Shown in pieces: positions 33,341 to 45,014 of a DNA stretch of 64,000 nt. The stretch spans positions 496,001 through 560,000 of the forward strand of contig JANHCV010000014.1 of assembly GCA_025594325.1 (NCBI GenBank), read 5' to 3'. This stretch comes from Blastocladiella emersonii ATCC 22665. Lineage: Eukaryota > Fungi > Blastocladiomycota. The notes under the pieces were generated by a model that made no database searches, was not told the origin of the DNA, and saw only the letters and a program-made list of their open reading frames with translations. Made by a program: the position numbers and the translations under genes. Within the stretch, counting starts at the first letter, position 1. Every line of letters begins with the position of its first letter.

Positions 33341-35242
33341 ATGCTGCGCCCCACGCTCTCGCATGAGTATGCCGGCGGCAGCGTCTCGCTCTCCCCGCAC
33401 TCTTCGGCCGGCTCCGGCGGCGGGCACCTCGTCGCCCTGCCGCACTCGGCGTCCGCGCTGCGCGCCGCCCTCGCAAGCCCCGAAGCTTCGGCCGTCGCGC
33501 TCGCCGTCGCCGGCGCTTACTACCCGCTGCCCCCGTCGACGCCGCAGGTTGCTTCTTCGAATGCGGCCGCCGTCGGTGGCGGGTTCCAGTTCCCGTCCTC
33601 CGCGCCGTCGGGCGACCACGGCCCCGTCCTCGCGACCCCCGCCACGCCTGGCGGCGCCGCGGCGGGGCCGGGCCACCACGAGTCGGTGGCCGCGGCCAAG
33701 CTGAAACTCTTCGCGACCGATTTCGCGCACCGCATGGACGACCCCGCGGTCCTAAGGTCGCGCCGCGACTCGGCCATGCTGCGCGAGGGCTGGCCCACCT
33801 CAACCTCCACCTCTCCCCCCTCGCCGGCTGCGCCGAGCAAGAGCCCCACCACCACCCGCGCGGCACCACCCGGCTCGCTCCTCACCTCGTTCCTGCGCGC
33901 CTCGTGCATCATGCCGACGCTGTACGACCTCGACCCAGCGGGCCGCGCGCAGATGGCTGCGCTCGAGGCCTCCGCCTCCGCATCCGCCGAAACCGGCGAC
34001 TCGGTCCTCGCGCGCCGCCGGCTCGCCGCACAGACCCTCCGCGACTCGCCGACGGGCGGCGGGACCCCGAGCCCCGCGTCGCCCGCGAAGCGCGACCACC
34101 GGCGGCGGTACGCCGAGACGCCGACGGGCGGGGTCCGCGGGTCCTCATCCTCACCGACCGTCCCCACCGCTGCAACACGCAAAAAACCTCCCGTCCGCGC
34201 GGCCTCCGCCGACCTCGCGACACGCCGCGCGGCGTCGGGCACCCCGCCCGCGTCCACCGCCAACACGCCGATCATCCCGCCCAACCAGGCGCAGGCCATG
34301 GCGCTGCCCGTGTACGCGCCGCTGCTGGACCCGGACTCGGCGCCGGTCGCGCGGCCGGTCGCGGGCGGCGGGTCGGGTCGTAGCGGGGGTGCGCCCGCGT
34401 CGCCGCCGCATCAGCATCAGCAGCCGTACATGATCCCGGCCTCGTCGACGCCGTCGCTCCCCGCGCGCGCGAGGCCGGGGCGGCCCGGGTCGGCGTCGCT
34501 GGTCCTCCACACCACGACCACGGCGAGCGCGAGCGCCATCATCCAACACCCCGCCCCCACCGCCCCACCCGCGCCTCCGCAACGCCCACACTCGTCCTCG
34601 GGTACCGCCTCGCGCTCACGCGTCCTGACCTCCGTCGGCCGCCGCCTGTACTCGCCAAGCCGGTCGCTCGTGATGCTGTCGGACGCGCCGCCGCTGCTGG
34701 GCGGCAGCGTGCACCGGCTGCCGAACCTGCGCCGGCTCGGGTCCATGTTCCCGACGAGCGGCGCGGGGATCCCGGGGGTCACGTCGCCCACGGTCCCGCG
34801 CAGTGCCGGAGGGCTCGCGGCGGCCGCGGTCGAGGCGGCTGAGGTGGATCTCGGGCTCCACGGCGTGAGGTACGCGCATCCCGGCGCGGGAGCGAGCGGG
34901 AGTAGCAGCCGTGGCGGGTTCGCGGCGGCGCCCACGGGCGGGGCAAGGACGAAGCGCGCGCATGCGACGGCGGCGCCCGTAACGAACGCAAGGAAGCGGA
35001 ATGCGCGGGCCGGGTCGCCGTCTGCTGGGCCGCCCGTGGTCGTGGTCGGCGGGCCGGCGATCCTGGCCGCGACATCGACGTCCACGACGGCGGCGGCCGC
35101 GGTACAACCAGCTGGACCAGCGCAACCCGATGCAGCAGCAGCCGCGGCGGCGGCGATCAGCGCCAAGTACGACCGGATGAGCGCGCTGCCGCGGCTCGAG
35201 TTTGCGAGGGCGACGGCGACCAAGTACTCCTCTGTTGTTTGA
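33341..35242 (+). CDS. Hypothetical Ala/Pro/Ser-rich disordered protein (~633 aa)
   Basis: Uninterrupted ORF with core-like GC3 bias, convergent with the symporter gene; no recognisable domain. Confidence 0.55.
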   Translation: MLRPTLSHEYAGGSVSLSPHSSAGSGGGHLVALPHSASALRAALASPEASAVALAVAGAYYPLPPSTPQVASSNAAAVGGGFQFPSSAPSGDHGPVLATPATPGGAAAGPGHHESVAAAKLKLFATDFAHRMDDPAVLRSRRDSAMLREGWPTSTSTSPPSPAAPSKSPTTTRAAPPGSLLTSFLRASCIMPTLYDLDPAGRAQMAALEASASASAETGDSVLARRRLAAQTLRDSPTGGGTPSPASPAKRDHRRRYAETPTGGVRGSSSSPTVPTAATRKKPPVRAASADLATRRAASGTPPASTANTPIIPPNQAQAMALPVYAPLLDPDSAPVARPVAGGGSGRSGGAPASPPHQHQQPYMIPASSTPSLPARARPGRPGSASLVLHTTTTASASAIIQHPAPTAPPAPPQRPHSSSGTASRSRVLTSVGRRLYSPSRSLVMLSDAPPLLGGSVHRLPNLRRLGSMFPTSGAGIPGVTSPTVPRSAGGLAAAAVEAAEVDLGLHGVRYAHPGAGASGSSSRGGFAAAPTGGARTKRAHATAAPVTNARKRNARAGSPSAGPPVVVVGGPAILAATSTSTTAAAAVQPAGPAQPDAAAAAAAAISAKYDRMSALPRLEFARATATKYSSVV

Positions 35243-35319
35243 TTTGCAGAAACGGGAGAGATATATAGACTAAGGCTTACCGGTGTACACACCACACACT
35301 CTATCGAAACAAAATCTAC

Positions 35320-37023
35320 CTACGCCTCGGGCTTATCCTTGGGCGCAACCCCCGCCGCGGCCACCGCGTCCGCCGCCGCCTGCGCAGCCTCCATGGACTC
35401 GAGCACGGCGCGCATCTCGGCCGTGTACCCCTGCCCCTTGACGCCCGCGACGCGGTACAGGACCTCGGCGACGGCGACCCAGAGCGCGAGGAACGCGATG
35501 CTGGCGACGAGCGGGACCACGAACGCGAAGATATCGTAGCCGTTGCTCCACCACGCCCAGACGAACCCGTCGAGCGCCGAGGTCGCGCCCTGGGTCACGA
35601 TCCCGAACACGGACAGCGACGCCGCGGCGGCCGTCATGGCGAACATCATGGCGTACCCGGACACGTAGCGCCGCTGCTTGTCGACGAGGCCCGAGAGGAG
35701 CGGGACGACGGACGCGGTCGTGAGGAGGTTCGAGACGAGGAAGATGGACAGCGTCGGCAGGCCGTAGGTGCCGAGGACCATGAGCGGGATGCACGAGCAG
35801 AGGACGAGGACGCGCGTGAACTTGAGCGACCGCCCGCGGAACAGGTTGGCCGAGAGCACGGCCGCGAGCGCATTCATGGACGAGTCGACGGCGGACATGT
35901 TCATGGTGACCGCCAACACGACCATGGCGGCGCCGACCCACGAGTACTGGTTCGGGCCCAGCGCGTAGAAGGTGAGCAGGTTGGCGCTCGGGCCCGCGTA
36001 GTCGATGACGGGCGCGTACGCCCAGGTACTGAGCAGGCCCGTCAGACCGAGCAGCGCGATGGCCAGCGAGATGATGAACCCGCCCGCCAACGCACCCTTG
36101 CGCAGCGCGGTCCGCGACTCGGCCGCCCACACGCGCTGCCAGCAGCCCTCGGAGAAGAAGGTGGACGCGATCATCGACGCGGGCAGCGTGAACAGCGTCG
36201 AGTAGCCCAGGCTCGTTGCGCCGAGCGTCTCGTGCGGGAACGGCGGCAGGTCGGCGCTGCGCGGGAACGAGACGGCGAGGTAGCCCGCGAGGAGGACGAG
36301 GAGCGAGGACGCGAAGATGCCCTGCAGCTGGTCCGTCACGATCGAGATGAGCAGGCCGCCGTACGCCGTGTACGCCAGCGTCGTCACGCCGACCAGCGCC
36401 ACGATCGGGTACGGCGTCGACTTGACGAAGGCGGCGAAGATCGAGCCCATGGTCGAGAACTCGCTGATCATGCCTGCGATCACGGAGCGGGTCAGTGGCG
36501 GCGCGTTGAACGAGGGGGAATGGGACGGCGTACCCATGGCAGTGTTGATAATCACGATGCCCGCAACAAACACCTGTGCGCCGCGGCCGTACCGCCAGAG
36601 GACAAAGTCGGAGAGCGAGAGCGGGCGCGGGAGCAGCGCCTGGACGTGCTCGCCCGCGAACGCGAGCATGACGATCGGGATCCCCGACGACACGGCGTAC
36701 GAGACGAGGCCAATGTACCCGTTCGAGGCCGCCATGCTGGCGGGCGTCGCAATCGCCCACGACCCGAGCGACCCGGCCACAAACGACCACGCGATGCGCA
36801 CCCACGGCTGCGTGCCGCGCGCCGTCAGGAATGCCTCCGTGTCAAACGCCGTGTTGGGGCGGCGAAGGTACCGCCGGGCAATCAGCAGGGCCGCGCCGGC
36901 GAACATGGCGAGGGTGGCAACGCTCGCGACCCACGTCCCGATCACCCAGCCGTGAGTGGGGTCGAGCAGCTGGATCGGGCTGAGCGCGGGCGACTCGGTC
37001 GGGGCGGCTGCTGCGTCGGCCAT
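35320..37023 (-). CDS. Sodium:solute symporter (SSS) family transporter
   Basis: About 13 hydrophobic segments; FLTARGTQ, YTAYGGLLISIVTDQLQG, WQRVWAAES, SAVDSSMNAL. Probable in-frame 60-nt intron at 36533-36474. Confidence 0.88.
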   Translation of the reverse strand: MADAAAAPTESPALSPIQLLDPTHGWVIGTWVASVATLAMFAGAALLIARRYLRRPNTAFDTEAFLTARGTQPWVRIAWSFVAGSLGSWAIATPASMAASNGYIGLVSYAVSSGIPIVMLAFAGEHVQALLPRPLSLSDFVLWRYGRGAQVFVAGIVIINTAMGTPSHSPSFNAPPLTRSVIAGMISEFSTMGSIFAAFVKSTPYPIVALVGVTTLAYTAYGGLLISIVTDQLQGIFASSLLVLLAGYLAVSFPRSADLPPFPHETLGATSLGYSTLFTLPASMIASTFFSEGCWQRVWAAESRTALRKGALAGGFIISLAIALLGLTGLLSTWAYAPVIDYAGPSANLLTFYALGPNQYSWVGAAMVVLAVTMNMSAVDSSMNALAAVLSANLFRGRSLKFTRVLVLCSCIPLMVLGTYGLPTLSIFLVSNLLTTASVVPLLSGLVDKQRRYVSGYAMMFAMTAAAASLSVFGIVTQGATSALDGFVWAWWSNGYDIFAFVVPLVASIAFLALWVAVAEVLYRVAGVKGQGYTAEMRAVLESMEAAQAAADAVAAAGVAPKDKPEA

Positions 37024-37368
37024 GGTGGTGATGATTCGTTGTGATGAGGGCAGAGAGCGGGGAGAGAGAGGCCCCCAGGCGCTCCCTTTATGGTTGGGGC
37101 GCAGGCGACGATCGGCGGGCGTGCTTGTTGGCCATCACAGGGAATCACAGGGGCGCGCATAGTCCGGGGCCTCGTTGCCGGCGAATCAACGTCGGCAGCG
37201 AGTCGAGTGGCTCCGCCACGGAGCGGCGCTGTTCGTTTCAGCGTTCGGAGCAAGCGAGCTTACGCACCCGGCCGGCTCCGACCTCTCGGGCTATCAATCT
37301 ACGCCAGAGTCATCGGTCCAGCGAATCATCGGTCATCGTCTACGACAGTGTATATTCATCCCAATCAC

Positions 37369-39214
37369 TCACTTGCGCTTGCTCGCGGCCGCCGCGCACT
37401 TGATCCCGCAGAACGTCTTGCCGCCGCGCTTGACGGGCAGCTTGGCGATGGCCCCGCCGCACTCGCCGCACGCCGGGCCCTCCACCACGACCGCCTTCGC
37501 CGCCGCGGGTGCCGGCGCAGCCGCCGGCTTGGCAATGGGCGACGGCGCGAGCGACGGCGTGTTGGCGCCCGTGAGCACGTTGAGCCGGCGCTCGGCGGCC
37601 CGCGCGCGCCGCTCGCGCTCCATCATGAGCCGCATCTCGGGGGTCGTCGCGTACGACGACAGGCCCTGCAGGACGGCCGACGGGAGGAGGGGTGCAGTGG
37701 ACGAGGAGCCGCCGCCGAGGCGGCGCGGACCTGAGTCGAGCGCGAGGGCCTGCGCCTGCTCGACGAGACTCGGCGAGTCGTCGTCGTCGGTCTCAGACTC
37801 GCCCGAGCTGCTGCCCCCGCCGTCGGCCTGCGGGAGCGTGCCCGTCTTGCGCGGGCGCGTCTTGGCGCGCTTCTTGCGCCGCGGCTTGAGGATCGGCGAC
37901 TCGGCCTCGGCGTCCGCTTCGGGCGCGGCGGTGGTGGGCGCCTCGACGGCAGGATCGACCGCGGCGGGCGTCTCAACCGGTGACGCGGCGCGCGGCTCGG
38001 GCGCGACGTACGGCTGCGCGTTGATCCCCGTGAGCCGCTTATGGATGCGGAGGACCTCGGTGTGGTTGGGCTTGCGCGTCGTGAACGGGATCGAGCGGAT
38101 CCGGGGGTCGTTCTTCCCAATCCCCTTGCCCTCGGGATGCTGGAGCAGCGTGCGCCGGTTCGCGACACCGGGCGCGACGACGTACACGACGGTCGCGTTA
38201 TCCAAAAAGCCCTGCCACTTCTCGAGCACGTCCCAGACATCCCGCGCGAGCGCCGCCTCGTTGTACCGGCGCAGCTGCGCGCCCGCCGACTTCGCGTGCG
38301 CCTTGCCATCCTGCGCCGACTGCGACCCGCCCTGCTTGCGCCGCGTCGTGTACCGGTGCACCGACGTGTGCTCGACGCACCGGTCGCGGTCGAACACGGC
38401 ACCCGAAAAGGAGCCGCCCCCCAGCATCAGGTACACGGCGCGGTACTCGGTGTGCACGGCGCGCAGCGCGTCGAGGAAGATGGACGGGGTCGGGTGGGAG
38501 GGTAGGGTGGCGGGGAGGACTTGCCGGTACACGGTCAGCAGCGTCTCCGGGTGCGACAGGAGGCGGAACCCGACTACGGTGCGCGCGAGGTGCGAACGCG
38601 CCGCGCGCGCCGTGTCGGCCGGCGATTCGGTAGTCGTGGTAGTGACGGGCAGCGTCGTGGGCGCCAGGTCCGTGTCGGCGGGGTCCGACTCGCCGCCGTC
38701 GCTGCCGCTGCCGCCCGACTCGCCGTCGCTCTCGGCCGCAGCCGCGTCCGATGACGATGCGGCCTGGACCTCGGTCAGCGCGGGCTCTACGTGTCCGCAA
38801 AAAAGGTCAGTCCTGCGCTCGAGCGCCACCCACCCTCTCGCGCGCGATCGTACCACCGCGCATGCGCCGCTGCAAGTTGGTCCGGTGCCACGCGCTGCGG
38901 AAGTGGTCGCGCTGCTGCATGAGGTCGGCGAAGACGCGGTCGCAGACGTGGCACGAGAACTTGGTCACGGTCGTCGTGGCGGCTTCGGGGTCCGAGCCAG
39001 CCTCCTCGTCCTCCTCAGGGGCAGCCGCCGCCGAGGGCTCCTCGGGCTCGGCATCGAGCACGGCAACGGGCCCGCCCTCGTCGAGATCCATGACCTCAAC
39101 GGCGGCCGCGTCGAGCTGCGCGAGGTTGAGCGTGAAGAGCGTCAGGCCCGACACCGACTTGAGCGGCTTGCCGGCGGTCTTGTTGGGCGTGGTCGGTCGT
39201 GGTGACGTTGACAT
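37369..39214 (-). CDS. VMS1: Vms1/ANKZF1-like ribosome quality-control factor (2 exons)
   Basis: C2H2 finger CHVCDRVF...HFRSAWH, VLRF1 domain HRYTTRRKQGGSQS...SAGAQLRRYNE, VIM RERRARAAERR, and C-terminal CGEC...FCGIKC. Confidence 0.88.
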
Positions 39215-39386
39215 GGTTACGATGCGTTGCACTAACCGGGCGGGGTTCTCTGAAGAGAGCGAGGACGTCGACCGGGGCCGCTCGCGCGCTTTGTCGCCGC
39301 GCCGCGCCGACCGACCGACTTCCTTCACGTGTGAGTCGAATCGACCTCGATACTCTGTAATGACGCATCTATTCATCCCCACCCCA

Positions 39387-40673
39387 TCACCCGGACAGCC
39401 CCTCGAGGTTCAGCGCCTGGACCATGCGCGACAGGTTGACCTCGTCGCCCGCCTCGTCGAGCTCGTCGTCGAGGTCGTCGTCGAGATCGTGGTCGTTGGG
39501 CATCCCCGCTGCCCCCGCACCCGCCGTGGGCGCTCCACCGACACCTCCGGGCTGGACCAGAACGCCGCCACCGAGGTTGAGCCCGAGCCCGATGCCCAGC
39601 CCTTCGCCGACGTTGAACCCCTGCGCGCTGGTCGCGCTCGCGGGCGCGCCGACGGTCGAGGACGTGCCGCTCGCCGGCCCCGCCGCCCCGCTGCCGAGAA
39701 TGTCGGACAGCAGCCGCGTGCGCAGGTCCTTGAGCGCGAGGTCGCCCGGCGCCACCGCGTCGGTGCCCGCGCGCAGGTCGCCCGAGCCGCCGCCGAGAGG
39801 TGCGCCGCCAGTGCCGCCCGGCAGGTTGAGCTGGTCGGCCGTTGCCGCAGGTGTCTGGGCGGGGTAGCCGGGACCGACGGGCGCGGGGACCGCGGGCGGG
39901 AGCTTGAGACGCAGGCCCGAGTGCGGGTGGCGGCGGAACGGGAGGGTGCCGCCCCAGAACCACCGCGGGAGCGCGACGAGCGTCGGTGCGGGAGCCGGGA
40001 TCGGCGTTGGTGCAGCAGCGGGAGATTCCTCGCTGCCCGCCGCCGGCGGTTCCACGGGGGTTGGACTTGCAGTCACCGCGCGCGAGTCGGTCGTCACGAG
40101 CGCGGCGAGCGCCGCGGGTCCCCGCGCCGCGGGCGCGCAAAAGTCGAGCTCCCCCGCAAGCTTCGCGACAAACTCGGCGAGCTCGGGCGCAACGACGTCG
40201 CCGCGGATACACCGCGCGTACTCGGCGGCCGCGCTCGCGACGGTCCACCCCTGCACCTTGCGGAGCGCCATGACGACGCCGCCCGTCACCGACTGCCCGT
40301 CGAGGCAGTGCAGGTACACCGGGTACCGGTCCAGGTCGAGCACCAGCACCGTCAGGACGCGCAGCACGAGCGCCGCGTCGTACGGCAGCTGGTCTTCTTT
40401 CGGTTTGGGGACGCGCACGTGCAGGCAGTGCACGCCGGGGCCGAGCGCGGATTGCGCGGCGGGCGTCAGCGGGTCCGGCGTCAGCGAGATCACGGTCCGG
40501 ATCCCGAGCGACCGCAGGAAGGCCGTGTTGCGTGCGCCGCGAGGGTACGCCCCGCGGTACACGCCGTCCTCGACCACGGCGAACCGGAACGGCGGTACGA
40601 CGACGGTGTGCCGCTCGGCGCCTACGGCCAGCGGCGGGTTCGTTGCATGAGCTGTTTGCATGGAGTGGAGCAT
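39387..40673 (-). CDS. Siw14/OCA family atypical tyrosine phosphatase (OCA6-like)
   Basis: VVPPFRFAVVEDGVYRGAYP, FLRSLGIRTVISLTPDP, YPVYLHCLDG...LRKVQGW. Confidence 0.85.
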   Translation of the reverse strand: MLHSMQTAHATNPPLAVGAERHTVVVPPFRFAVVEDGVYRGAYPRGARNTAFLRSLGIRTVISLTPDPLTPAAQSALGPGVHCLHVRVPKPKEDQLPYDAALVLRVLTVLVLDLDRYPVYLHCLDGQSVTGGVVMALRKVQGWTVASAAAEYARCIRGDVVAPELAEFVAKLAGELDFCAPAARGPAALAALVTTDSRAVTASPTPVEPPAAGSEESPAAAPTPIPAPAPTLVALPRWFWGGTLPFRRHPHSGLRLKLPPAVPAPVGPGYPAQTPAATADQLNLPGGTGGAPLGGGSGDLRAGTDAVAPGDLALKDLRTRLLSDILGSGAAGPASGTSSTVGAPASATSAQGFNVGEGLGIGLGLNLGGGVLVQPGGVGGAPTAGAGAAGMPNDHDLDDDLDDELDEAGDEVNLSRMVQALNLEGLSG

Positions 40674-41182
40674 GGTTCGCGGGGTGAGGGAAGGAGTGAT
40701 CGGCGGTCGCAAGGCGAAAGCGAGGAAAGCGAGAGCGCCACACCTCGCGACGCGGTCATGCGCCTGTCACATGATATCGCGACGCGTCGTTTCGACGCGA
40801 CGCGGCTGGCCTAGCTTGGGTGGCAAGCGAGCGCGGTTAGCCTCTGTGGTCTTCACCGTCATCTGAGGAAAGCTAACCGCTAGCAGGCGCGATGCCACTG
40901 AGCCAAGCCGCTGGGATGAGAGCAAATGCCTTTCGATTTATGCACGATGCGAACACTGACCGTCCGGTATGTGCTGCACTTGCGTAACAATAATTTCATT
41001 TGAAAGCTATCCTCGAACTGATTCTTCAGTCACGAATGCATTCGTAGGTCGCCGAAAATTGGGAGACTCGACATCAGCTGCTGTCACGTTGGAAGCGCAT
41101 ATGCATGATTCACTCTCGAAAAAAGCTCTCATTGCTCCGACTCTCACGCTCTATCGCATCGTAAACCGTCGGAACACTTGCA

Positions 41183-42823
41183 ATGAAAACTGAGAGCAAA
41201 CCGAACTCTATGCCGCACCTCCCGCTCGATGTCATTGAGCGCATCCTCTTCACCGCCGCCAAAGTCGCATGCCTTAACGTCTCTTCGCAGCATGCTTCCT
41301 GCGTGTGCGCGCGCGGTTTCCGAAGCCAGCAACACGCCATGAACCACCCCGCTGCACTCTTTCATCTCAGTGTGCAGTGCCGCACGTCGGACGAGCAGAC
41401 GGCCGCGGCAACTCGTCTTCGCACCTTGATGGGCGTCATCCGCTGCAGTCCGCGGCTCCGCGACTTTGCGTTCGACTACATCCCGGGTACCGCGCCGCTG
41501 CACGTTGTCGCAACCGACCGCAACGACCGGCTTGACATGGCCATTCGTTTGCGCCGGTTCACGGTTTCTATTCATGGCGAGGAAATCAAGTTGGCGAGCC
41601 TACTTCCGTTGCTGTACAAGTACGCGCTTGGTGCGCCGCGGCTCAATATTCTCGAGTTTATCCTGCTCAACCCGTTCCTTGGCGTGGACACGTCGTCAGT
41701 GTTCAGTCACGCCTTTGATTCGGGACATCCTGACGTGGTTCGCCTCGTTCGACGCCTTGGCCTGATCGCATAGCATTCGGATACCGCTTTGATCTCCAAG
41801 GCAACCATCACCTGTCAAATCGCCATCCTTGATGCACTCGAGGCAGACGGGATCCTTCCCGCCCAATCGCCCAAGTTTGTCGATTTCTGGGGCCCCTCCT
41901 CAACGGGGCGGATTGATGTCCTCAACTGGCGGTGGAGCTGCTGCGAGCTAGTCCCGGGCATCAGGTTCGGCTTTGGGCTGAGCCTCATCGCTGCCAGCAA
42001 GAGCGGCGAGGTTGACGTGGTGCGTTGGATCTTCAGCAAGGGGCTTGCCACCACAAATGCCGCGTACGGGGTCCTGGATTCGAACTCGTCGTACCGCCCA
42101 GACTCCCGCGCAACGCCAACGCCGATGGACACGATCAGCAAGAACGGTCACGTCAAGGTGCTTGAGGAATGGCGCAAGTCGGGCGTTCAGTTCTATTACA
42201 CGGATCAGGCGCTCAACCAGGCGTGTGCCCAGGGTCACGACGCCGTTGTCGAGTGGTGGCTCACGTCCGGGCTCGAGCTCAAGTTCACCAAGGACGCGCT
42301 CAAGGCGGCCAACGCGTTCGGCCACGACGCGGTGCTCGCCCAGCTCCGTCGACCTTTTCATGGCCTGCGCAGCCAACAGGCTCGACTTACTGGAGTGGTG
42401 GTGGCAGCGTCGGAACCAAGTACCAGAAATTCGAATCCACTGCCCCTCGGGACTTGAGGCTGCGAGCGAGGCTGGCCATCTTGCCGTTGTACACTGGCAC
42501 TTCCGCACCGGACTCGGGCGCCCAGCTCGGGGGTACTTCACTATAGGCGCGGGACCGAGCTGGAATATCCTCGATATAGTCAGCAAGCTCGGACACGTCG
42601 CTATTCTCGAGGAATGGCGCAAGTTGGGGGTTGCCCTTCGGTACACCAAGGCCGCGCTTGACGAGGCGAGTAAAAAGGGTCACGTTCGCGTCGTCGAGTG
42701 GTGTGGCTCAAGTCAGGTCTTGAGGTTAAGTACTCGAATCACGCGTTCCTCGCAGCCAACACGTATGGTCACGAACAGGTGCTTGACATGTGGCGCGCTC
42801 ATGCTTACAAGGTCCGGTTTTGA
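41183..42823 (+). pseudogene. F-box-like plus ankyrin-like (xxVLEWW-type) repeat gene, disrupted
   Basis: HLPLDVIERIL near the N-terminus; repeats MDTISKNGHVKVLEEW, ACAQGHDAVVEWW, ASKKGHVRVVEW. In-frame TAG at 41771-41773, frameshift near 42340 and a 2-nt slip near 42700. Confidence 0.75.
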
Positions 42824-43807
42824 GAAGGATTGGCGTTGTTGTTGTTGCGGTTTCGTTTTGATAAATGTTGCTCAATTACAACGGACTTTGTCTATTCTGC
42901 GCACTGTGCGGACGTTCGAGAGTGAATTCTGAGTGGGAACGCGCCGTTGATTCGACGAAGCATGATGGTTTCCCCCATCGAGGCCATGGCCATGACCATG
43001 GCCATGACCGTGATGGCCACGATCAAACTTTCTCGATGTCACAGCTCAGTTCTTCGAGAAACACAGGATTCAAGAGGAATATACTCGCTCGCTCGTGGGG
43101 AGCAGTTTGACGAGCATTATTGAGCGGACGCGATGAGGATTGGTCTTGGCACAATTGTCCTCGCAACTCAAAGCTCGCCGCGCAGCTGTGGCACCGACTT
43201 GCGCGCGAACCGTCGTGCAGAACACCGCGTTGAGCTTGTCCGTGCACTCTCTTACTGTTCGGAATCGCGATGCTGTCCACGTCCGCCGTGTACTTGGCCG
43301 TAAGCGCCACGCACGCGTCCCTGCCCGTCCAAGTTGTGCACTCAGATCCACATGGCACCGCGCAGTTCCATCAGCAAGCGCGCAAGATGGACCACCTTGG
43401 CCACGAGCCGTCGTCAGAGAGCAGATAGGCGAAGAGTTAGCCAAGGCGCGGTGCGGGGTTGCTGGTCGACGGTGTCACCAGCTTCAAGCCGGAGTGCGCC
43501 GGCCAACAGTCGACTCTGCTGTACGTCAAGTTCTCGCCACGAATCAACGTTGGGCGCCGAGCCGAGCTGGCAGACAAGTGGGAGACGCGTCGCGCCACAT
43601 CGAATCACGGTCTCGTGGCGGGCTTGCCGCAAACGATGAGCCTTGGTGGCACAAGATCAATCAGGAGGGCTCAGCGAGCTTGAAGTGCCGAGCGATCTCA
43701 ACAGGGCTGCTTCTGATCCAACTCGTGATGAGCAGACCGCGGAGCGAACGACGCGCCACGAGCTCCATAGGGTTCTCAGGAGAGACAATCAGACATGCTT
43801 GTTACAT

Positions 43808-45014
43808 TCAACCCAGACTGGCACGCTCGGCCGCGGTCGGGAACCGCGTCTTGCACGTATCGCACGATGGCTGGTACTGGCAGTAGACTACGCGCGCGCG
43901 CGGGACTGTCAGCGTTCCACCTCGACCTCACGCACACCCGCCCCGATATCACACCCGTAACGAAAGGAACGTACTCGAGAGACACACGGAGCACACGAAC
44001 CCCTCGGTGACCATGTTGCGGTGGCAGAAGCACGCGGCGTGGAAGTCGACGTGGGTCGACGCCGGCAGGATCAGCGTGTCGCGGAGCTCGGGCGGCGGGA
44101 GGAACGTGAACTGTTGGCGGGAAAGTGAGTGAAGGCGGCGCGACGACGATGACAGAAGGCGTACCAGCATGTGCTGGATCGCGCCGACCGGGTGGGGCAG
44201 GCACCGGTACACGCCGTGGGTCAGGTGCGCGGCCTGCTGCAGGAACACGGACTCGGAGTACAGCTTGCACACGTCGATGGTCATTTCCTTCGGCGGGGTG
44301 AGTCAGTTTGTTGATCGCGAGCGAGCGAGCGGGAGCAAGAGCGGGCGCGTGTGTACCCCTTTCTGCGCCGAGAAAATGGCGTTCATGAGCGAGACGTAGT
44401 GCGCGGGGTTATCGTGCGACGCCGAGATGACGAGGATGTTGGTCTTGGTGCGCTCGGCGTCGCGCGTCACGCGGTGCGCGTCTACGCGGGAGAGCGGGTG
44501 CGTGAGCGGCGCGTCCGCGTATCGGAAAGTCGACGGAATGACGTACAGCACAGCGCCTTGGAGAGCGCCGACGAGAGCATGCACCCGGCGTCGGCTACAC
44601 GTTGCGTAGTGCGTGTGAGCGGCCCCGCCCCACTCACCCGCGCACGCCACGCAGCGTACCGTCAAGATCCCCCGCCCGCGTCGCCTCCGCATCCGCCTGG
44701 ACCAGCCGCTTGGCCTCGCCAATCGTCGTGTTGTTCATGAGGAAGAACTGCTGGTACGCGTTGGCGCGCTCGACGTGTTCCTCCTCCCCGCCCACACTCA
44801 GCTGCTGCGGCGGCAGCGGGAACAGGAACTGGCTGGACCGCGAAGCGGCGCCGATGACGGCGAGCTTGTTGTCGTGGTTGAGCGCGAGGTACGCGTTGAG
44901 GAAGACGCATAGCTGGTCGAGGACGGACGCGTGGTCGGCGGCGTGGCGCGCCCATGTCGCGGCGCTGCAGTCTAGCACGACGATCAGCAGGGAGACGTTC
45001 TCGGTGTCGGTCAT
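43808..45014 (-). CDS. TFB4: TFIIH subunit Tfb4/p34 (multi-exon)
   Basis: SLLIVVLDC, VFLNAYLALNHDNKLAVIG, YVSLMNAIFSAQK, FLQQAAHLTHGVY, VDFHAACFCHRNMVTEGFVCSVCLS, and last exon YCQYQPSCDTCKTRF. Confidence 0.92.

Noticed and set aside
40833-40880. Hairpin gcggttagc...gctaaccgc with an internal CTGA
   Set aside because: No convincing C box or second structural element; insufficient for a snoRNA call.
42979-43020. ggccat-type repeat resembling the His/Gly tract at 60160-60200
   Set aside because: Low-complexity hexamer similarity only; the flanks do not align.
43023-43720. Long minus-strand frame with few stops and several Cys/Trp
   Set aside because: Three stops in about 230 codons is not clearly below chance at this GC, and there is no recognisable domain.
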